Made by a program: the position numbers and the translations under genes | NCBI GenBank assembly: GCA_035084275.1 | Contig: CM068750.1 | Location: forward strand, 7,068,001-7,132,000 | Direction of reading: 5' to 3' | Source: Hydrolagus colliei | Lineage: Eukaryota | Length of the DNA: 64,000 bases | Notes under the pieces: model-generated | Databases searched by the model: none | What the model saw: only the letters and a program-made list of their open reading frames with translations | Told to the model about the DNA's origin: nothing | Part shown: piece after piece, positions 50,701 through 63,992 of the stretch | How the letters are laid out: each line of letters begins with the position of its first letter | How positions within the stretch are numbered: the stretch's first letter is position 1

Positions 50701-52449
50701 GGCTTGGTTTTCAAATCATGTGGGTAAGTCTCATTTATGCTGCTGGCTCTCAGTGAAGCAGCTCCACAGGCATCTTTTTTTTGGCACACGTGTACTTTAA
50801 AAAGAAATTATACAGCACTTAGTATAGAGCAGATGTGGCCGCAAGATCCCCAAACCATTTATACAGTACAGTGTTGCCTCTAAGTTGGTCCTTTCATAAA
50901 GAAAAACTACCCCAGAGGTGGTGTGCTCGAAGCCAGAATCAATTCATACTGTAGTACTAAAGACAGGATGGCAGATATTTTTTTTACAACGTAAAGGAAA
51001 AGTATGTGTGTGAGGTGGAGGTACAGAAGGAAACAAAACAAGTAACCAAGATAAGTAAGCAGGGGCCTCATCGCAATGGAGGCTGTCCAACTGTTCTCTG
51101 AACAGAAGCAATAAGAACTGGTGCTAGCAGAGAATTCCGTGAAGATCAGAGGCCAGGTCAAGAGGCAAGTTTTGTACAGTGAAAGGAATTTAATTTTTAT
51201 ATATAATATATATAAGCAAAATATATCTATATACATAAATATAACCTAGTAGAAATTGATTTAGCTCTATTTATGTGATTCTCACAAAGTCACAAGTCTC
51301 TTTCTCCAAGAAAAAAAAATCTCAGGGACATGTGGAAAAGCAATTGTAACACTTTACGTTTTCTATTTCAAAGAATAACAAAAGGGTAAAAGAGTAAAAA
51401 GGTGCGGTGTAGCAGAAATAAACACCGTGAAATTTAAGAAAATCAAATGGAATTCTTAACTTATGTACATGTCTGGTCCTTACAATGTATCAAATATATT
51501 TACTAATTCTCAGTCACTTGGATTTAAATAGTCTCTGCAGCTATATTAAAGCATCATTAAAGTCAGTGCATATTCATTCCTAAATGTAGAGTTATAGATA
51601 TAAAATCAAAAGCCAGGGCTCCTTAGTTGTAATCAAAATAACTGTACTGTTCCTATTGTACATTGATTCTACAGAATCAGAACAAATTATGACCACAAAA
51701 TATGGGTTTACTGTACTTTGTAAAGAACAGCTCCCAGGGTATTGCATGCCTGCAGTGATGGGCATTTAATTAGCAAAGCAAACCAACTTAATGCTTAGTG
51801 AAATATACTAGTCAATTTTATTGGGATAAGAGCAAATTTTGAGAGTGTATTTGAAGGAGGTCACTGCACATTATTGGTTTCAGAGGCCATAGCTTTTTTG
51901 ACGAGCAATACCACTTCATATTCACGTTCTGGTTTGATCGAGAACTTGGCTTCGAAATTGGCTATTGTGAGATTACCACAAGAACTCATTAAATCAAAAA
52001 ATCTCTGAAATCCAAACACTTCACTTACAAAAGCCGTGCATCTGGTACTTAAAGGTTGCACAGTATTCTGGGCTGTTCAACAGCTGGAATTCTGCATTCT
52101 TATTCAGGTTGAACCACAGCAACTGGGACTCGAAATACCGGTTACATCATCAAATACATATTTCTGAGGATTACTTGGTTTATTTTTAAGCAGATCTGTT
52201 TATATTTTAGCTTTACAACTTTGTCTATTTGCATGCTCTAGTCATCAATTTCTTTGCGGTTCCTCCCTACATTGCATGTGTTTTAGCTGAGGGTTCCATC
52301 AGTTTTGGGTGCGAGGTGTTGGACGATTTGCCAGCCAGCTTCCAGAATTACATTTCTCAAGTCGCCCATTAAATGTTGGAAAAGAACAGCAGGAGTGTTG
52401 AAAGAATGACATTGACAAAATTCAGCAGCTCTGTTGGAGATAGGCAAGC

Positions 52450-54240
52450 CATAAGACCATACGAATTAGGAGCTGGAGTAGGCCATTCGGCCCTTCGAGC
52501 CTACCCTGCCATTCAATAAGATTATGGCTGATCTTCTGACCTAACTCTAATTACCCTGCCCCATCTCCATATCCCCTAATCCCTCTATTTAAAAAAAAAA
52601 TCTATCAGTCTCAGCCTTGAAAATGTTCAGGGACTGAGCATCCATAGCCTTCTGGGGGTAGTGAATTCCATAAATTGTGAAGTGAAGAAATGTTTCCTCA
52701 ACTCCGTTCTAAAAGGCTGACCCTTAATTTTAAGACTGTGACCCCTGGTTATAGATTCTCCTACCAGGGGAAACAGTCCCTCAGTGTCTACTTTATCCAT
52801 CCCTTTAAGAATCTTATATGTTTCAATAAGATTCCCCCCTAATTCTTCTGTACTCTAGAGAATACAGCCTTAGTTTATTCAACCTATCTTCATAGGTCAG
52901 TCCCCTCTTCCTAGGAACTAACCTCGTGAATCTACGCCGCACCCCCTCTAAGGCAAATATGTCTTTTTTTAAATAAGGAGACCAAAACTGCACACAATAC
53001 TCTAGGTGCGGTCTCACCAGAGCCCTATACAGTTGCAGCAAGACTTCCCTCCTCTTGTACTCTAAACCTTTTGAAATGAACGCTAGCATGTCGTTCGCCT
53101 TCTTAGTTGTTTGCTGCACCTGCAAACTAACTTTTTGAGACTGGTCACCCAAATCCCTTTGAATACTAACACTATCTAACCACTCCCCCTCTAGAAAATA
53201 ATCTTTTTTTTTATTTTTGTTACCTAGGTGAATAATTTCACACTTCCCCACATTAAATTCCAACTGCCACCTACTTGCCCACTCCCCTAGCCTATCTATA
53301 TCTTGTTGTAATCTTTTTGCATCATCCTCAGAGCTCACTCTCCTACCTAGTTTAGGGTCATCCACGAATTTAGACACGTTACATTCAATGTCCTTGTCTA
53401 GAGCATTGATGTAAACTGTAAATAGCTGAGGCCCAAGCATGATCCTTGTGGCACTCCACGAGTTACATACTGGCAATTCAAGATTGACTCATTTATCCCT
53501 ACTCTCTGTTTTCTACCAGTTAGCCACTCATCTATCCATGTTAATATGTTCCAATTAATCCCATGGGCCTTGATCTTGTGCAACAGCTTTTTTGTGTGGC
53601 ACTTTATCAAATGCCCTCTTAAAATCTAAATATACCATATCTTCTGGTTCCCCTCTATCCAAACTGCTGGATACATCTTCAAAAAACTCTAAAAGATTAG
53701 TCAAGCATGACTTCCCGTTTGTAAAGCCATGTTGGCTCTGCCTAATCTTTTTGTGGTTTTCCAGGTATCCCATAATGACGTCTTCAATTAAGGACTCAAG
53801 AATTTTCCCTACCACTGATGTCAGACTAACTGGTCTACAGTTCCCCATATTTTCTCTCCCACCCTTCTTAAATAGTGGAATTACGTTCCAATCAATAGGG
53901 ACTTTTCTAGTATCCAGAGAATTTTGGAAGATCATAGACAAGCCATCCACTATCTTGGTAGCCACCTCCTTTAAAACTCTAGGATGCAGACCATCCGGTC
54001 CAGGGGATTTATTGGTTTTAAGATCTGCCAATGTATCTAAAACTATTTCTTTACTAATATTAATCTCCATAAGTTGCTCGCTAACATTGTCTTCTTGGTT
54101 CCCCTCTATTTTTGGTATGTTTCCAGTGTCTTCTACGGTGAAGACAGTAGAAAAATACTTCTTTAATGACTCTGCCATGTCTTTGTCCCCTATTATAATT
54201 CCCCCTATCTCTGCCTGTAATGGACACACATTCACCCTTG
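52450..54240 (-). mobile_element. CR1-clade LINE, 5'-truncated, frameshifted ORF2 (RT)
   Basis: Three overlapping ORF pieces (53555..54289, 53398..53610, 52823..53476) carry KSPGPDG, QHGFTNGKSCLTNLLEFF, DFKRAFDKVPH, GVPQGS, FVDD and RPHLEYCVQFWSP. The 3' UTR with tcttatgg-type tail lies at ~52450-52520. Confidence 0.96.
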
Positions 54241-56097
54241 ATAGCCTGAAGCCACACACGCACAATTCAGAAAGCCAACCAAACAACAATCTAACTGGCC
54301 AAAAAAAATAGCAAAGCTTGTAATAAGTAATTAAATATTAGGCTTAATTTAAGTTGAAGAGCCAACCTTGGTTTGCCACTAAAGTGTATCCTGAACAACT
54401 CTAAGCAATTGCAACTATCCAATCCATTCCAATCCATTCTGCCAAAGCCGAGAGCCACAAACTATAATTGTGATTATTATATACACTATGACTGTGAACT
54501 GTCACCAAATTCCCCCATTTATTCTGCAGAAAAGCTCATTCAGATGCACAATCTCTCCGACGGTAACAGGATGAAGCCATTGTCTGGTACCGCACACCAC
54601 CCAAGAGACAGACCCATAAGATTTTGGTTCAATTCATGTTCCCATCAACTTTTGATCTTAGCTAGAGCAATACCCGCAGATACTACAATTGCCCAAAGCA
54701 CCCATGATCTTGGGATGGGGAAAAATATATTCTACAAAGCCAGGAGAAGATTATTTTCTCTACTGATTGTGTGGTCCATATTTGTGAATTCTCAGCTCAG
54801 TTCCTATTGCACAAACAAACAGAATTGCCGGAAGTTAGCAAGCAGGGTAATAAGAATGGAGGGTACTGTATTAAAAATGGAACTGACACTTCACATTCAT
54901 GTAGTGCTTTTCAGGGATTGGGAGTTCAGACATTCTTGCAACATGGCGTAGGAAGTATTGTTCCCAGAACAGGGAAAAGGGAGAGAGATCATATCAAAAG
55001 AAATGTCAAAATTACATTTTGTAGTTGGACAGTCTACTTAAACTGTGCAGTATATTGCATTTGTTTCTGACAAAGATATAATTAAGATAAGTGTATACAA
55101 TTTCCAGAAACTCAACCCTCTCCTACAATATACCATTTGCGTGCAGTCCAGTTTGCCATGTGCTCAAAATCTCTACATTTACTTTCCCAAGATTTGATGA
55201 ACAGTGGAATAGAAAATGCATACATGTGATAGTAATAATCATCCGTGCATTTTCTATAGAGTCTGTAATGCTGAAATGTTCAAAAGAGCTTCACAGGGAA
55301 TTGCTGTCAAGTGAGGGAACTATGAATTAGTCGGCAAATATGTGATATTCACACCTAAGTAGAAGAAAGGAGTCAAATGCCACATATGCTTTCAGGTGCT
55401 GCATGCAAGTTACAATCTTTTGAAATTTGTTTCCTGCATTCTACAAATGTAAAACATTGTTATGTACAGAGTAATAAAACCGTGAAACTTTAAAATGGAT
55501 CAACCTTGAAACATGTATTTTTATAAACCCTAAGAAGGATAATGCACAATTGGCTGTCGCGTTTCACCCACAAAACATACAGTCAATTCACTTTACCGTA
55601 TATTCTGTAAAGCACTTTGAAACGTCTTGAAGATGTGATAAGGCGAGATATCAAATACAAGGACTATTATGTTATTATGTTTAGTGTAGAATCCACGTAA
55701 GCATAATATGACTCTACCCTACAGTATACGATATATAATAATATTTGCATTTGATATCACAGCTCATCATGTCTTTGAGACATCTCAAATTCAAGTTGTT
55801 GTAATGTCAAAATATTCTGAGAGTAAATTGACTCTTATTTGTCGCCCCCCCACATCCAACCATATATTTTTCCAGGGCACGTAGCTGTTTCAGCTAAGAC
55901 TGACCATTCATCAACAGGAGGTGCAAGCGTGCAGCCAAAGACAACTTGGTGAGGAGGTTTTTGCCCTCAGCTATCACTCACAATGTAGCTGAGCTCAACA
56001 ACCTGGCAAAAATGGAAACTTCATCCCACTTACTCCACTGCACCATGTTGCTGTTCCAATGGCCCATCCGTGTGGGCCATTGGAACAGCTGCAGCTG

Positions 56098-56409
56098 CAC
56101 TGCAGCTCAGTGGTTGGAGCACTCGCCTTACAAGCGTGAGACCTGTGCTCAAATCCAAGCAGGTCAGGGCGAAACCTTGGGCAAGTTTCCTTATTCCACA
56201 TGCCTAATAATAATCCCTCAAAAAACAATTGGTCATTTCAATCCACGACTGTTTGTAGGACACTGCTGTGTGCAATTAGCTGCTGCCTTTCACCCACAAA
56301 TATACGGTCAATTCACTTTATAGTATATTCTGTGAAGCGCTTTGAGATGTCTACAACAAGAAGACATGAAAAGCGCTATATCAAATGTAAAGATTATTAT
56401 TATTATTAT
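56098..56409 (+). repeat. Full-length tRNA-derived SINE (abundant younger family, tail tatcaaatgcaagga(tta)n)
   Basis: A-box-like gctcagtggttggagc, degenerate B-box, core cagggcgaaaccttgggcaagtttcc, body tttcaatccacgactgtttgt..cacccacaaa..caattcactttacagtatattctgtgaagcgctttgaga, and an (att)n tail. More than 12 related copies occur in the window. Confidence 0.9.
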
Positions 56410-56849
56410 GACACAGGTCTGTAAATAAGTCAGTATTTTTAAGTTAAGGATTTGAGGGGTAAGGAATTGTTCTTTTACTTCAAACTCTAAAACAGTAGGT
56501 TCTATAAATGTAATTTTCTATAATTTGAAACTTCAAACTGCGTCATCCTAAGAAGATGGTTCTTAACTTGAAAGGATGTAACCACTGCCCATTTTACACC
56601 ATCTGTAGCAAGGCTGTTCTGGGTGGGGCAGCCACTACTAACAGCTGTCGCAGTGCAGGAAGTCAGACATGAGCAAAATATATCACAACTTTGTTTCTGT
56701 AATACACTCCAGAAGCTGTATTCACTTTTATCTCTTAAATAATGTGCTCCGATGTTTCAACTATTCACATAATCTGTTAACCAATACATTTCTCATCGGC
56801 TTATCTGCACTGTTGCAATGTTTTGCACAATATCATGTAGAAGTCAATC

Positions 56850-57300
56850 TGCATTGACTATGCCAAAGCATCCAATTGTGGACAGCCACAGGAAATTTGG
56901 ACAACAGAGATTTAAATCGCAAGATACAATTTAGAATTGTGCTTGTAGGAATTAGAGGAATGAGCAAACAATTAGACATATGAAGAATTTTCAATCTTGA
57001 AAAGATTCTGAGTGCGATTTGTAAAGTCAGAACAATACGTTTGAATGCACTGAGGCAGAAGAACAAGTGAACACAGATTTAAAGTTGCAAAGGTCAATTC
57101 TAGCAATGATTCCAAGTGTTTCTTTACCCAGTGGGTAATTAATGACCATAACTGGTTACCAGGAAAGGTAGTTGAATCTTGGATGGTGTGAAAAGGAGAT
57201 AGGTATTTTGGAAGGTCAAGTTCAAATAGATTAAAGGCACTTTCTAAATTTCTCCTGTGATTTGTGAAGCACAACAGGATTAAAATAGAAGGTCAAATAA
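56850..57300 (+). mobile_element. Old CR1 ORF2 C-terminal fragment
   Basis: ~57070-57180 translates HRFKVAKVNSSNDSKCFFTQWVINDHNWLPGKVVES, similar to GHRFK..FFTQRVV..WN.LP..VVEA. Confidence 0.75.
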
Positions 57301-58473
57301 TGAACCAACCCAATCATCCATTATAAGCATGCAAACTGTATCAACTTTGCGCATTGGGAGTATAGTTTTGGCCCCTCGTAGTACCAAAGCATTGCACAAC
57401 CAGCAATTAATGGACGAGAAGTCCTGTGCTCAATGGGGCACAAAGCCAAACAAAAAAAATCATATTATTTATAGAAAGAAAGTGGCAAACAAAGAAGAGA
57501 AATACAGTATTTGGCATCAACTTATCATAGCACATAAATCTATTGATACCTATAGGGACCTAGACTGATGGACCTCAGACATGTGCCTCCAGGCTTTAGG
57601 CCAGCTTTCTCCGCAGAGAAAGCTGTTTTTACTAACTTCTACACCATAAAGTGAATGTTTTTTTTCAGCTGGTTTGCACGCTTGCAGTTGAAGGCATGGT
57701 TCAACAAATATTCCAGCCCAAACTGCGTTATTTAACACTGCATTACTTAAAACTAAAAGAAAGCATTTAATTTTCCGTTCGATTTAAATTCTACAATCAG
57801 CTATCGCTGTGATATATAAAACTGATCATACTGCATTCAAAGAGGTACATGATAACTATTTACCACTATAATTATTGATCAAGTCCTTTATTTTGAAGGC
57901 ACACCAATCTGCTCCCTTTATACAACGTGACTTGATTTCAAACAAGGTAACTTACATTGTCCTTATTGCTTCTTGCCTTCTTAGATTTAACTAAATGCAG
58001 ATTACCACACACACATCTCTTCTCCCAAGACACGTGACTGACACTCCTCTGCAATGCTGTTAACCAACTCAAGCTTCCTGCAACTCTTCGCTCTGCTGTG
58101 ACCCATTAAACATAAAAAGTTTTACTTTACACTAAATGCAATGGCTCCAAATAATGCTAATCTCACATATGGGAGTTATTAAACACATTCAACAAGTTTA
58201 TTCAAATTCCCTACTTCTAAGCAACACCACAATGAAACTCTTGACCTCTCATCTATTAGAACATAAAATGGGATAAAATTATGCAGAAGTAGAGAATGAG
58301 TTTGTTCTTTAGAAATGCTATGATAATAAACAGATAATAGATTGTAAGTAATTACTCTGCAATTCTGACTTTCATTGCTGTGAATCATCATTTAAGCAGA
58401 GGAGTAGTCAGACAGCTGGGTGACCGTTACAGACAATATCATTCAGAGTTCATCTTAGTAGGTGGTACACTTA

Positions 58474-58615
58474 ATAATAATAATCCTTGCATTTGGTATT
58501 TGATGCCTTATTGCAGCTTCGAGACATCTCAAAGCCCTTCACGGAATATACCATCAAGTGAATTGACTGTATATTTTGTGGGCGAAACTCGGCAACCAAT
58601 TTGGCAACACTTGAC
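58474..58615 (-). repeat. tRNA-SINE 3' half (same family)
   Basis: aataataatccttgcatttgg..gtgaattgactgtatattttgtgggcgaa. Confidence 0.82.
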
Positions 58616-59822
58616 ACAAAGAGAGGCTGGTTCAATGTTTCCTCCCTCTCTCAACCAAACTATGCAAAATGGCAAGACCATTTATGAAACCAATCTGTTG
58701 TGGTCAGTTTTTAATTTTAGCCAATATAGGGTACATGGCTATGAACTGCAGTGGGAGTCACTTAGCTCCTCAACCTTTGCGTTACTGGATTTTAATGATC
58801 TTCGCTAAAACTAAAAAGTGTACTAGCAATTGAAAGGAGAATCATAGAAATTACAGCCACAAGGCAGCCCATTGAAGCTATGCTGGCCATAAGAGCTATC
58901 CCTCTCTATTCACAATTCAATGCTCTATGCTGGAACCTTATTTTTTAATATTGCTCTGTTAATATACAGTTAACCAATTCCCTGTTAAACAATGTTACGG
59001 TCTTAGTTTCAATTGTCATGTATGGCAAAGTAATTTGTGGAGAATGGGGAGGGGGAATACAATTAAATTTACAGCTCAGAAGTTGATCAATTTTAAGTAC
59101 GAGTCCTAACATCCCACAAGAGGATGTCCATAACCCAATCATCCAACCACCCAACAGATTGAACTTTTATTAGGAAAAATTAAGCTGCTTTGTTGCGGTG
59201 GTGATGGTTGTGGTGGAGGGGTGGGGGGTGGGAGAAAGGGAAAGAAAAACACATATAAATAATAGAAAAAGGAAACTTAACATGTCCAAAGTGACTTTGT
59301 GTAATTAATCAAAGATGACTTGGCAAGGAAATTATTCAGTCCTGATTTTTGACTGGAATCACTCTATTACTCTACTGTTAAATGTCCCTTTAACAGGTAC
59401 TTTGAACCTTAAGGAACAAGCACTCACAAACTCCTCAGTTGGATCCCAGCACTCATCAGTCTTATTTACAAATTGTGATCTGTGTAAAAAATATGAAAAG
59501 TCTATATTGAGGTCAAAAATGAACAGATGTTAATGCGGGAAATAAAAAAAGGTATTGCTGTATTTCACCATAATAGAAAGTAAAAACAGATATATTTCTG
59601 AGCAAGGAATCCAGCAATGAACTGAAAGTTATTTATACTCCGAAATGGCTTTACAAACCCAATTCTGTAATAACTGTGGTTCTGCAATGGAGCTTTATGA
59701 CAGACCTTCAATACACTGAAACTGTATTTAGAAAAAAAGGAGCTTATAATTGGAACACATATTTGCAGGGTTCCAGATGACTGCCACATTTTATTTTTAA
59801 TATGTCCAACCAAACGTTTGGA

Positions 59823-60032
59823 GCAAAAACAGAAATCGCTGGGAACACTCAGAAGGTCAGGCAGCATCTATGGAGGAAGGAAAGTGAGTCAACGTTTCAG
59901 GTCCACGACCCCATTTCAGTACTTTGTCAGTTCTGATGAAAGGTTGTGGACCTGAAATGTTGACCTGTGAGTGCTTGTTCTCAGCAATTTCAGTTTTTTG
60001 TTTCAGACTTCCAGCATCTGCAGTATTTTGCG
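59823..60032. mobile_element. Penelope-like-element-derived palindromic repeat with hammerhead-ribozyme-like cores
   Basis: Inner inverted arms 59884-59923 and 59929-59969; outer arms 59823-59850 and 59970-60000. CTGATGA(59933)-a-AGGT tgtgg ACCT-GAAA(59954)-tgtt. It resembles the elasmobranch Penelope terminal repeat as I recall it. Confidence 0.7.
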
Positions 60033-61574
60033 CAAAAGATTGGAATTTTGGGGGGAGAATATTTTTCAATGTGAAAGTTCATTGCAGAATATTTTCTACA
60101 TCCAGACTCTTGTAACTTATTCGTATAGCTATGACACAACGTAGTAGATAAGAGGATGAGGATGTGAAAATGGTCAGTCGTGAAAATAAAGCAATGAACT
60201 GTGCATTCAGCAAATGACTGAGACAGTCCTTCAATGTGTTGCTGCTCAGAGGTTGGCAGATTCTGCTGGGATGAGGAGAGGGAAGGGAAAGTGATATAGA
60301 TTGATGCTACTGTGGTGATTATTTCAGGAAACGGACTGCAAACCAATCATAATTTCTCATTTCTTTTTTGGAAGGCAGGAAAAATATTGAAACACTTGTT
60401 GGCATTCGTGTTTAATTGGAGCCAAACACGGAATGCAATCACTCTTTTATAACCGAAGCTAGTAGCTTTGGACCTTGGCAAGAACGTCTGTTGTTGCTAA
60501 TGTGTTGACAGGTACAGAGCTGAAATAGCGTAACCAAGGATCCCAAGGGATTCTGTTAAACCTATTATGTCTGTAAAAATATTGGATGATTTGCAGCAAT
60601 TCTTTTTCTTTTGTTGCTCTCTGCTAATTAATATTAAGGATGTTAACCTGCCAGCAAGCTGTCTACCTTGTAGCTTTTGGCTCTGGGCGCTGGATGGGAT
60701 TCAACTGTGATTAAACCTGTTTCCTTGCCTACTCCTTTCAGCTAATACAGTCCATTCCACTAAAGCGAACGGATGCTAAGTGATTACATCCGTTAACAAA
60801 AAAGAATTTATGAAATACTTTATAAATCATTACATTGCTCTCAACTACTCTAGAGCAACAATTAAGAACAGACGTTACTAAGCACAGTACAGTATAAGGA
60901 ACTGGCAGATTTTTAGTAAAAAGTCAGCTCACACATGAGGAAGCCAGCAATGCAATGTAGAGAGTAATGGGGAGAAAAGGGGAACATTACACAAGAAATT
61001 CTCTTTTTCGTTTTAAAATGAAAGATGAATTTGTTTAATGAAAACTGGTCTTCACTGATCATCTTGTGGCTCAATGGTCCACAATGCAGCTCTCCATTGA
61101 ACTAACTCAAGAATCCTTTTAGTAAAATATATTCTGAATGATTTTTCCTCATTGGCCCTGGTTGAGAGAGGTGACGAGTTACCAACTCAGTACCGGAGGG
61201 TGGTGGGGGAGGAGGGGAGAGAGATAATCATACGTATAAGTGACCACCACATCAGCAGTAAACAGAGCAAATACTAATAGTTATACTGTATTAAGAAACA
61301 ATTAAGAGCACAAGGAGTACAATAAAAGATGTTGGTTGATTTCAACTTGAAAACATTTTAAAAGTTATGCAGAAATGAGACAGTATTGAATGACAAAGAG
61401 TAGTGAAGATGAGGGGCGAGGTGGAATGAGGTTCTTGTTTAAAAATATTACACCTGCAAAATAAAAACAGATTAGGAAATATTGAAGGAACATTGAATTG
61501 AATGCTATTTTAAAAAAGCCTGAACAGAAATAGAGAATTAGGAAAAGTTTCTAAATCAGCATATAACTTTAAGG

Positions 61575-63284
61575 ATTCATAGATTATAGATTCATAGAAT
61601 TTTACGGCACAAAAGGAGGCCATTCGGCCCATCTAGTCTGTGCCGGCTCTTTGAAAAGAGCGATTCAATCCCACTGCCCTGCCCGCTCCCAATAGCCTAA
61701 TAGACCTGTTCTCCCTAAATAAAGATCTAATTCCCTTTTAAAAGTTGTTATCGAATCAGCCTCCACCACCTTTTCAGGCAATGCATTCCAGATTCGAACA
61801 ACTCGCTGAGTGAAAAAATTTCTCCTCAGCTCCCCTCTACTTCGCCTTGAAACTATTTTAAATCTGTGACCACGAGTCACAGATTTACCCACGAGTGGAA
61901 ATAGTTTTTCTCTATTTGCCCTGTCGAAACCCCTCATGATCTTATAAACCTCTATTAGGTCTCCCCTCAATCTTCTCTGCTCCAGAGAGAATAACCCTAG
62001 CCTATCTAGCCTCTCCTCATAGCTGAAGTCCCTCAATCCTGGCACCATCCTAGTAAATCTTTGTTGTACCCTTTCCAATGCCTTCACATCCTTTCTGTAG
62101 GGTGGTGACCAGAATTGAACACAGTATTCCAACTGAGGCCTCACCAAAGTCTTATAGAGGTTAGTCAGCACTTCCTGACTTTTGTACTTTATACCCCTAT
62201 TTATAAAGCCTAGTATCCCATATGCCTTCTTAACAGCCTTGTCTACCTGTCCTGCCACCTTCAACGAGTCACTAACACAAATCCCCAGGTCTCTCTGTTC
62301 CTTCACACCATTTAAAATTGTACTATCTAGCCTATATTGCCTCCCTTCATTTCTTCTCCCAAAATGCATCACCTCACACTTCTCTGCATTAAACTTCATC
62401 TGCCATGTGTCTGCCCACTTTACCAATTTGTCTATATCCTCTTGCAGATGGCTACTATCCTCCTCACTATTTACTATTCTCCCTAACTTAGTGTCATCTG
62501 CAAACTTGGAAACTGTACTCCGTACACCCAAGTCCAGATCATTGATGTAGATTACAAACAGCAATGGTCTTAAAACTGATCCCTGTGGCACACCACTGCT
62601 CACTTCCCTCCAATCTGAAAAACAGCCGCTCACTACAACTCTCTGCTTTCTGTCTCGCAGCCAGTTGTGGATCCATGCTGCCACTGTCCCTTTTACACCA
62701 TGGGCCTTTAATTTCATAATAAGTCTCTCATGTGGCACTTTGTCAAATGCCTTTTGAAAGTCCATGTAAACTACATCAACTGCGCTACCATTATCCACCC
62801 ATTCCGTTACCTCATCAAAAAATTCTATCAGATTTGTAAGGCAAGATTTGCCTTTAACAAATCCATGTTGACTGTCCTTTATTAGTCTATATCTTTCTAA
62901 ATGAAGATCTACCTTGTCCCTGATTATGGACTCTAGAAGTTTGCCCACTACCGACATTAGACTGACTGGTCTGTAGTTACCAGGCTTGTCCTTCTGCCCC
63001 TTTTTATACAAGGGAGTAACATTAGCTATCCTCCAGTCCTCTGGCACGACCCCTGTGTCCAAGGAAGATTGAAAGATCGTGGCCAGAGTCCCTGCTATTT
63101 GCTCCCGTGCCTCACTTAGTAACCTAGGGTGCATCCCATCCGGACCAGGTGACTTATCCACCTTGAGCGACGTCAACCTTTTTAGAACTTCCTCTCTGGT
63201 TATAATTATTCTATCCATTTCTCCTACCCTCTCCTCTAATACCATGGCATTGGCTATATCCTTTTCTTTTGTGAAGACAGAGGC
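61575..63284 (-). mobile_element. CR1-clade LINE, 5'-truncated, young copy with uninterrupted ORF2 RT and C-terminal region
   Basis: ORF 61665..63311 (548 aa) has KSPGPDG, NYRPVSL, QHGF..GKSCLTNL, DFQKAFDKVPH, GVPQGSVL, FADD, RPQLEYCVQFWSP and RLRGDLIE. The 3' UTR reads ggccgaatggcctcct followed by a (ttctatga)-type tail at ~61575-61600. The first ~9 codons of the ORF lie outside the element. Confidence 0.97.
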
Positions 63285-63324
63285 GATTATTACTACATTT
63301 TGGGAGGACAAGTTTTCCCACTAC

Positions 63325-63463
63325 ATTTGGGGTGGACAAGTTTGCAGGGTTATGCGGAGAGAGTCAGAGAGTTGGATTCACTTTGAATCTCTTTTCAAAG
63401 AGCTGGCACAGACACGTTGGGCCGAATGGCCTCCTTTTGAGCTGTAAAATTCTATGATTCTAT
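63325..63463 (+). mobile_element. CR1 3'-end fragment, inverted relative to the adjacent long CR1
   Basis: cttttcaaagagctggcacagac..gggccgaatggcctccttttgagctgtaaaattctatgattctat is close to the reverse complement of 61593-61668. Confidence 0.9.
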
Positions 63464-63474
63464 AAATGACAGCT

Positions 63475-63680
63475 TTGTGATGCACTGCTCCAAACAAGAA
63501 CCTCAAATGCTGAAACAATTCAAGTGTTTAAAAGGGATACACATAGACACTTTGGGGGAAGTAAAGGTATTAAGAGATATGGAGCAAACACAGAGAAATG
63601 AGATTGGAAAGATAAAGAGCTGCCATAAACTAATAAAACGGTGGAACAGGCCTGATGGCCTCTTCCTGTTCCTAACTGTG
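63475..63680 (+). mobile_element. Older CR1 3'-end fragment
   Basis: Degenerate end-of-ORF2 and 3' UTR motifs (aaggtattaagagatatggag..., ggtggaacaggcctgatggcctcttcctgttcct). Confidence 0.65.
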
Positions 63681-63844
63681 TTTTTGGAAATTGAAGCAGG
63701 TTGATAAATATCAGCTCTGTGTCTAAACTTATTGTTGGGTTTTTGGGAGGGCGAGAAAGGTAAATTGGGTCTCCTTTGGTGCGGAACTGGCTCTGAGGAG
63801 ATATGCCTGCCAAATCAAGATATGACCATAAAAATCCAAGGCAA

Positions 63845-63992
63845 ATAATAATAATAATCCTTGCATTTGATTGTAGTGCTTTTCATGTCTTCTATATGTC
63901 TCAAAATGCTTCACATGATATACTGTAAAGTAACTGTATTATGTGTGGGCGAACAATGGTAGTCAATTGCGCAAAGCAGTGTCCCACAAACT
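63845..63992 (-). repeat. tRNA-SINE 3' half (same family)
   Basis: aataataatccttgcatttga..tactgtaaag..gcagtgtcccacaaac. Confidence 0.85.

Noticed and set aside
53592-54311. 239-aa plus-strand ORF (also 62182..62550 and 63079..63447)
   Set aside because: These are antisense shadow frames of CR1 ORF2.
54373-54951. 192-aa ORF
   Set aside because: TTG start, no recognisable motif and random-like composition; likely chance, though not searched.
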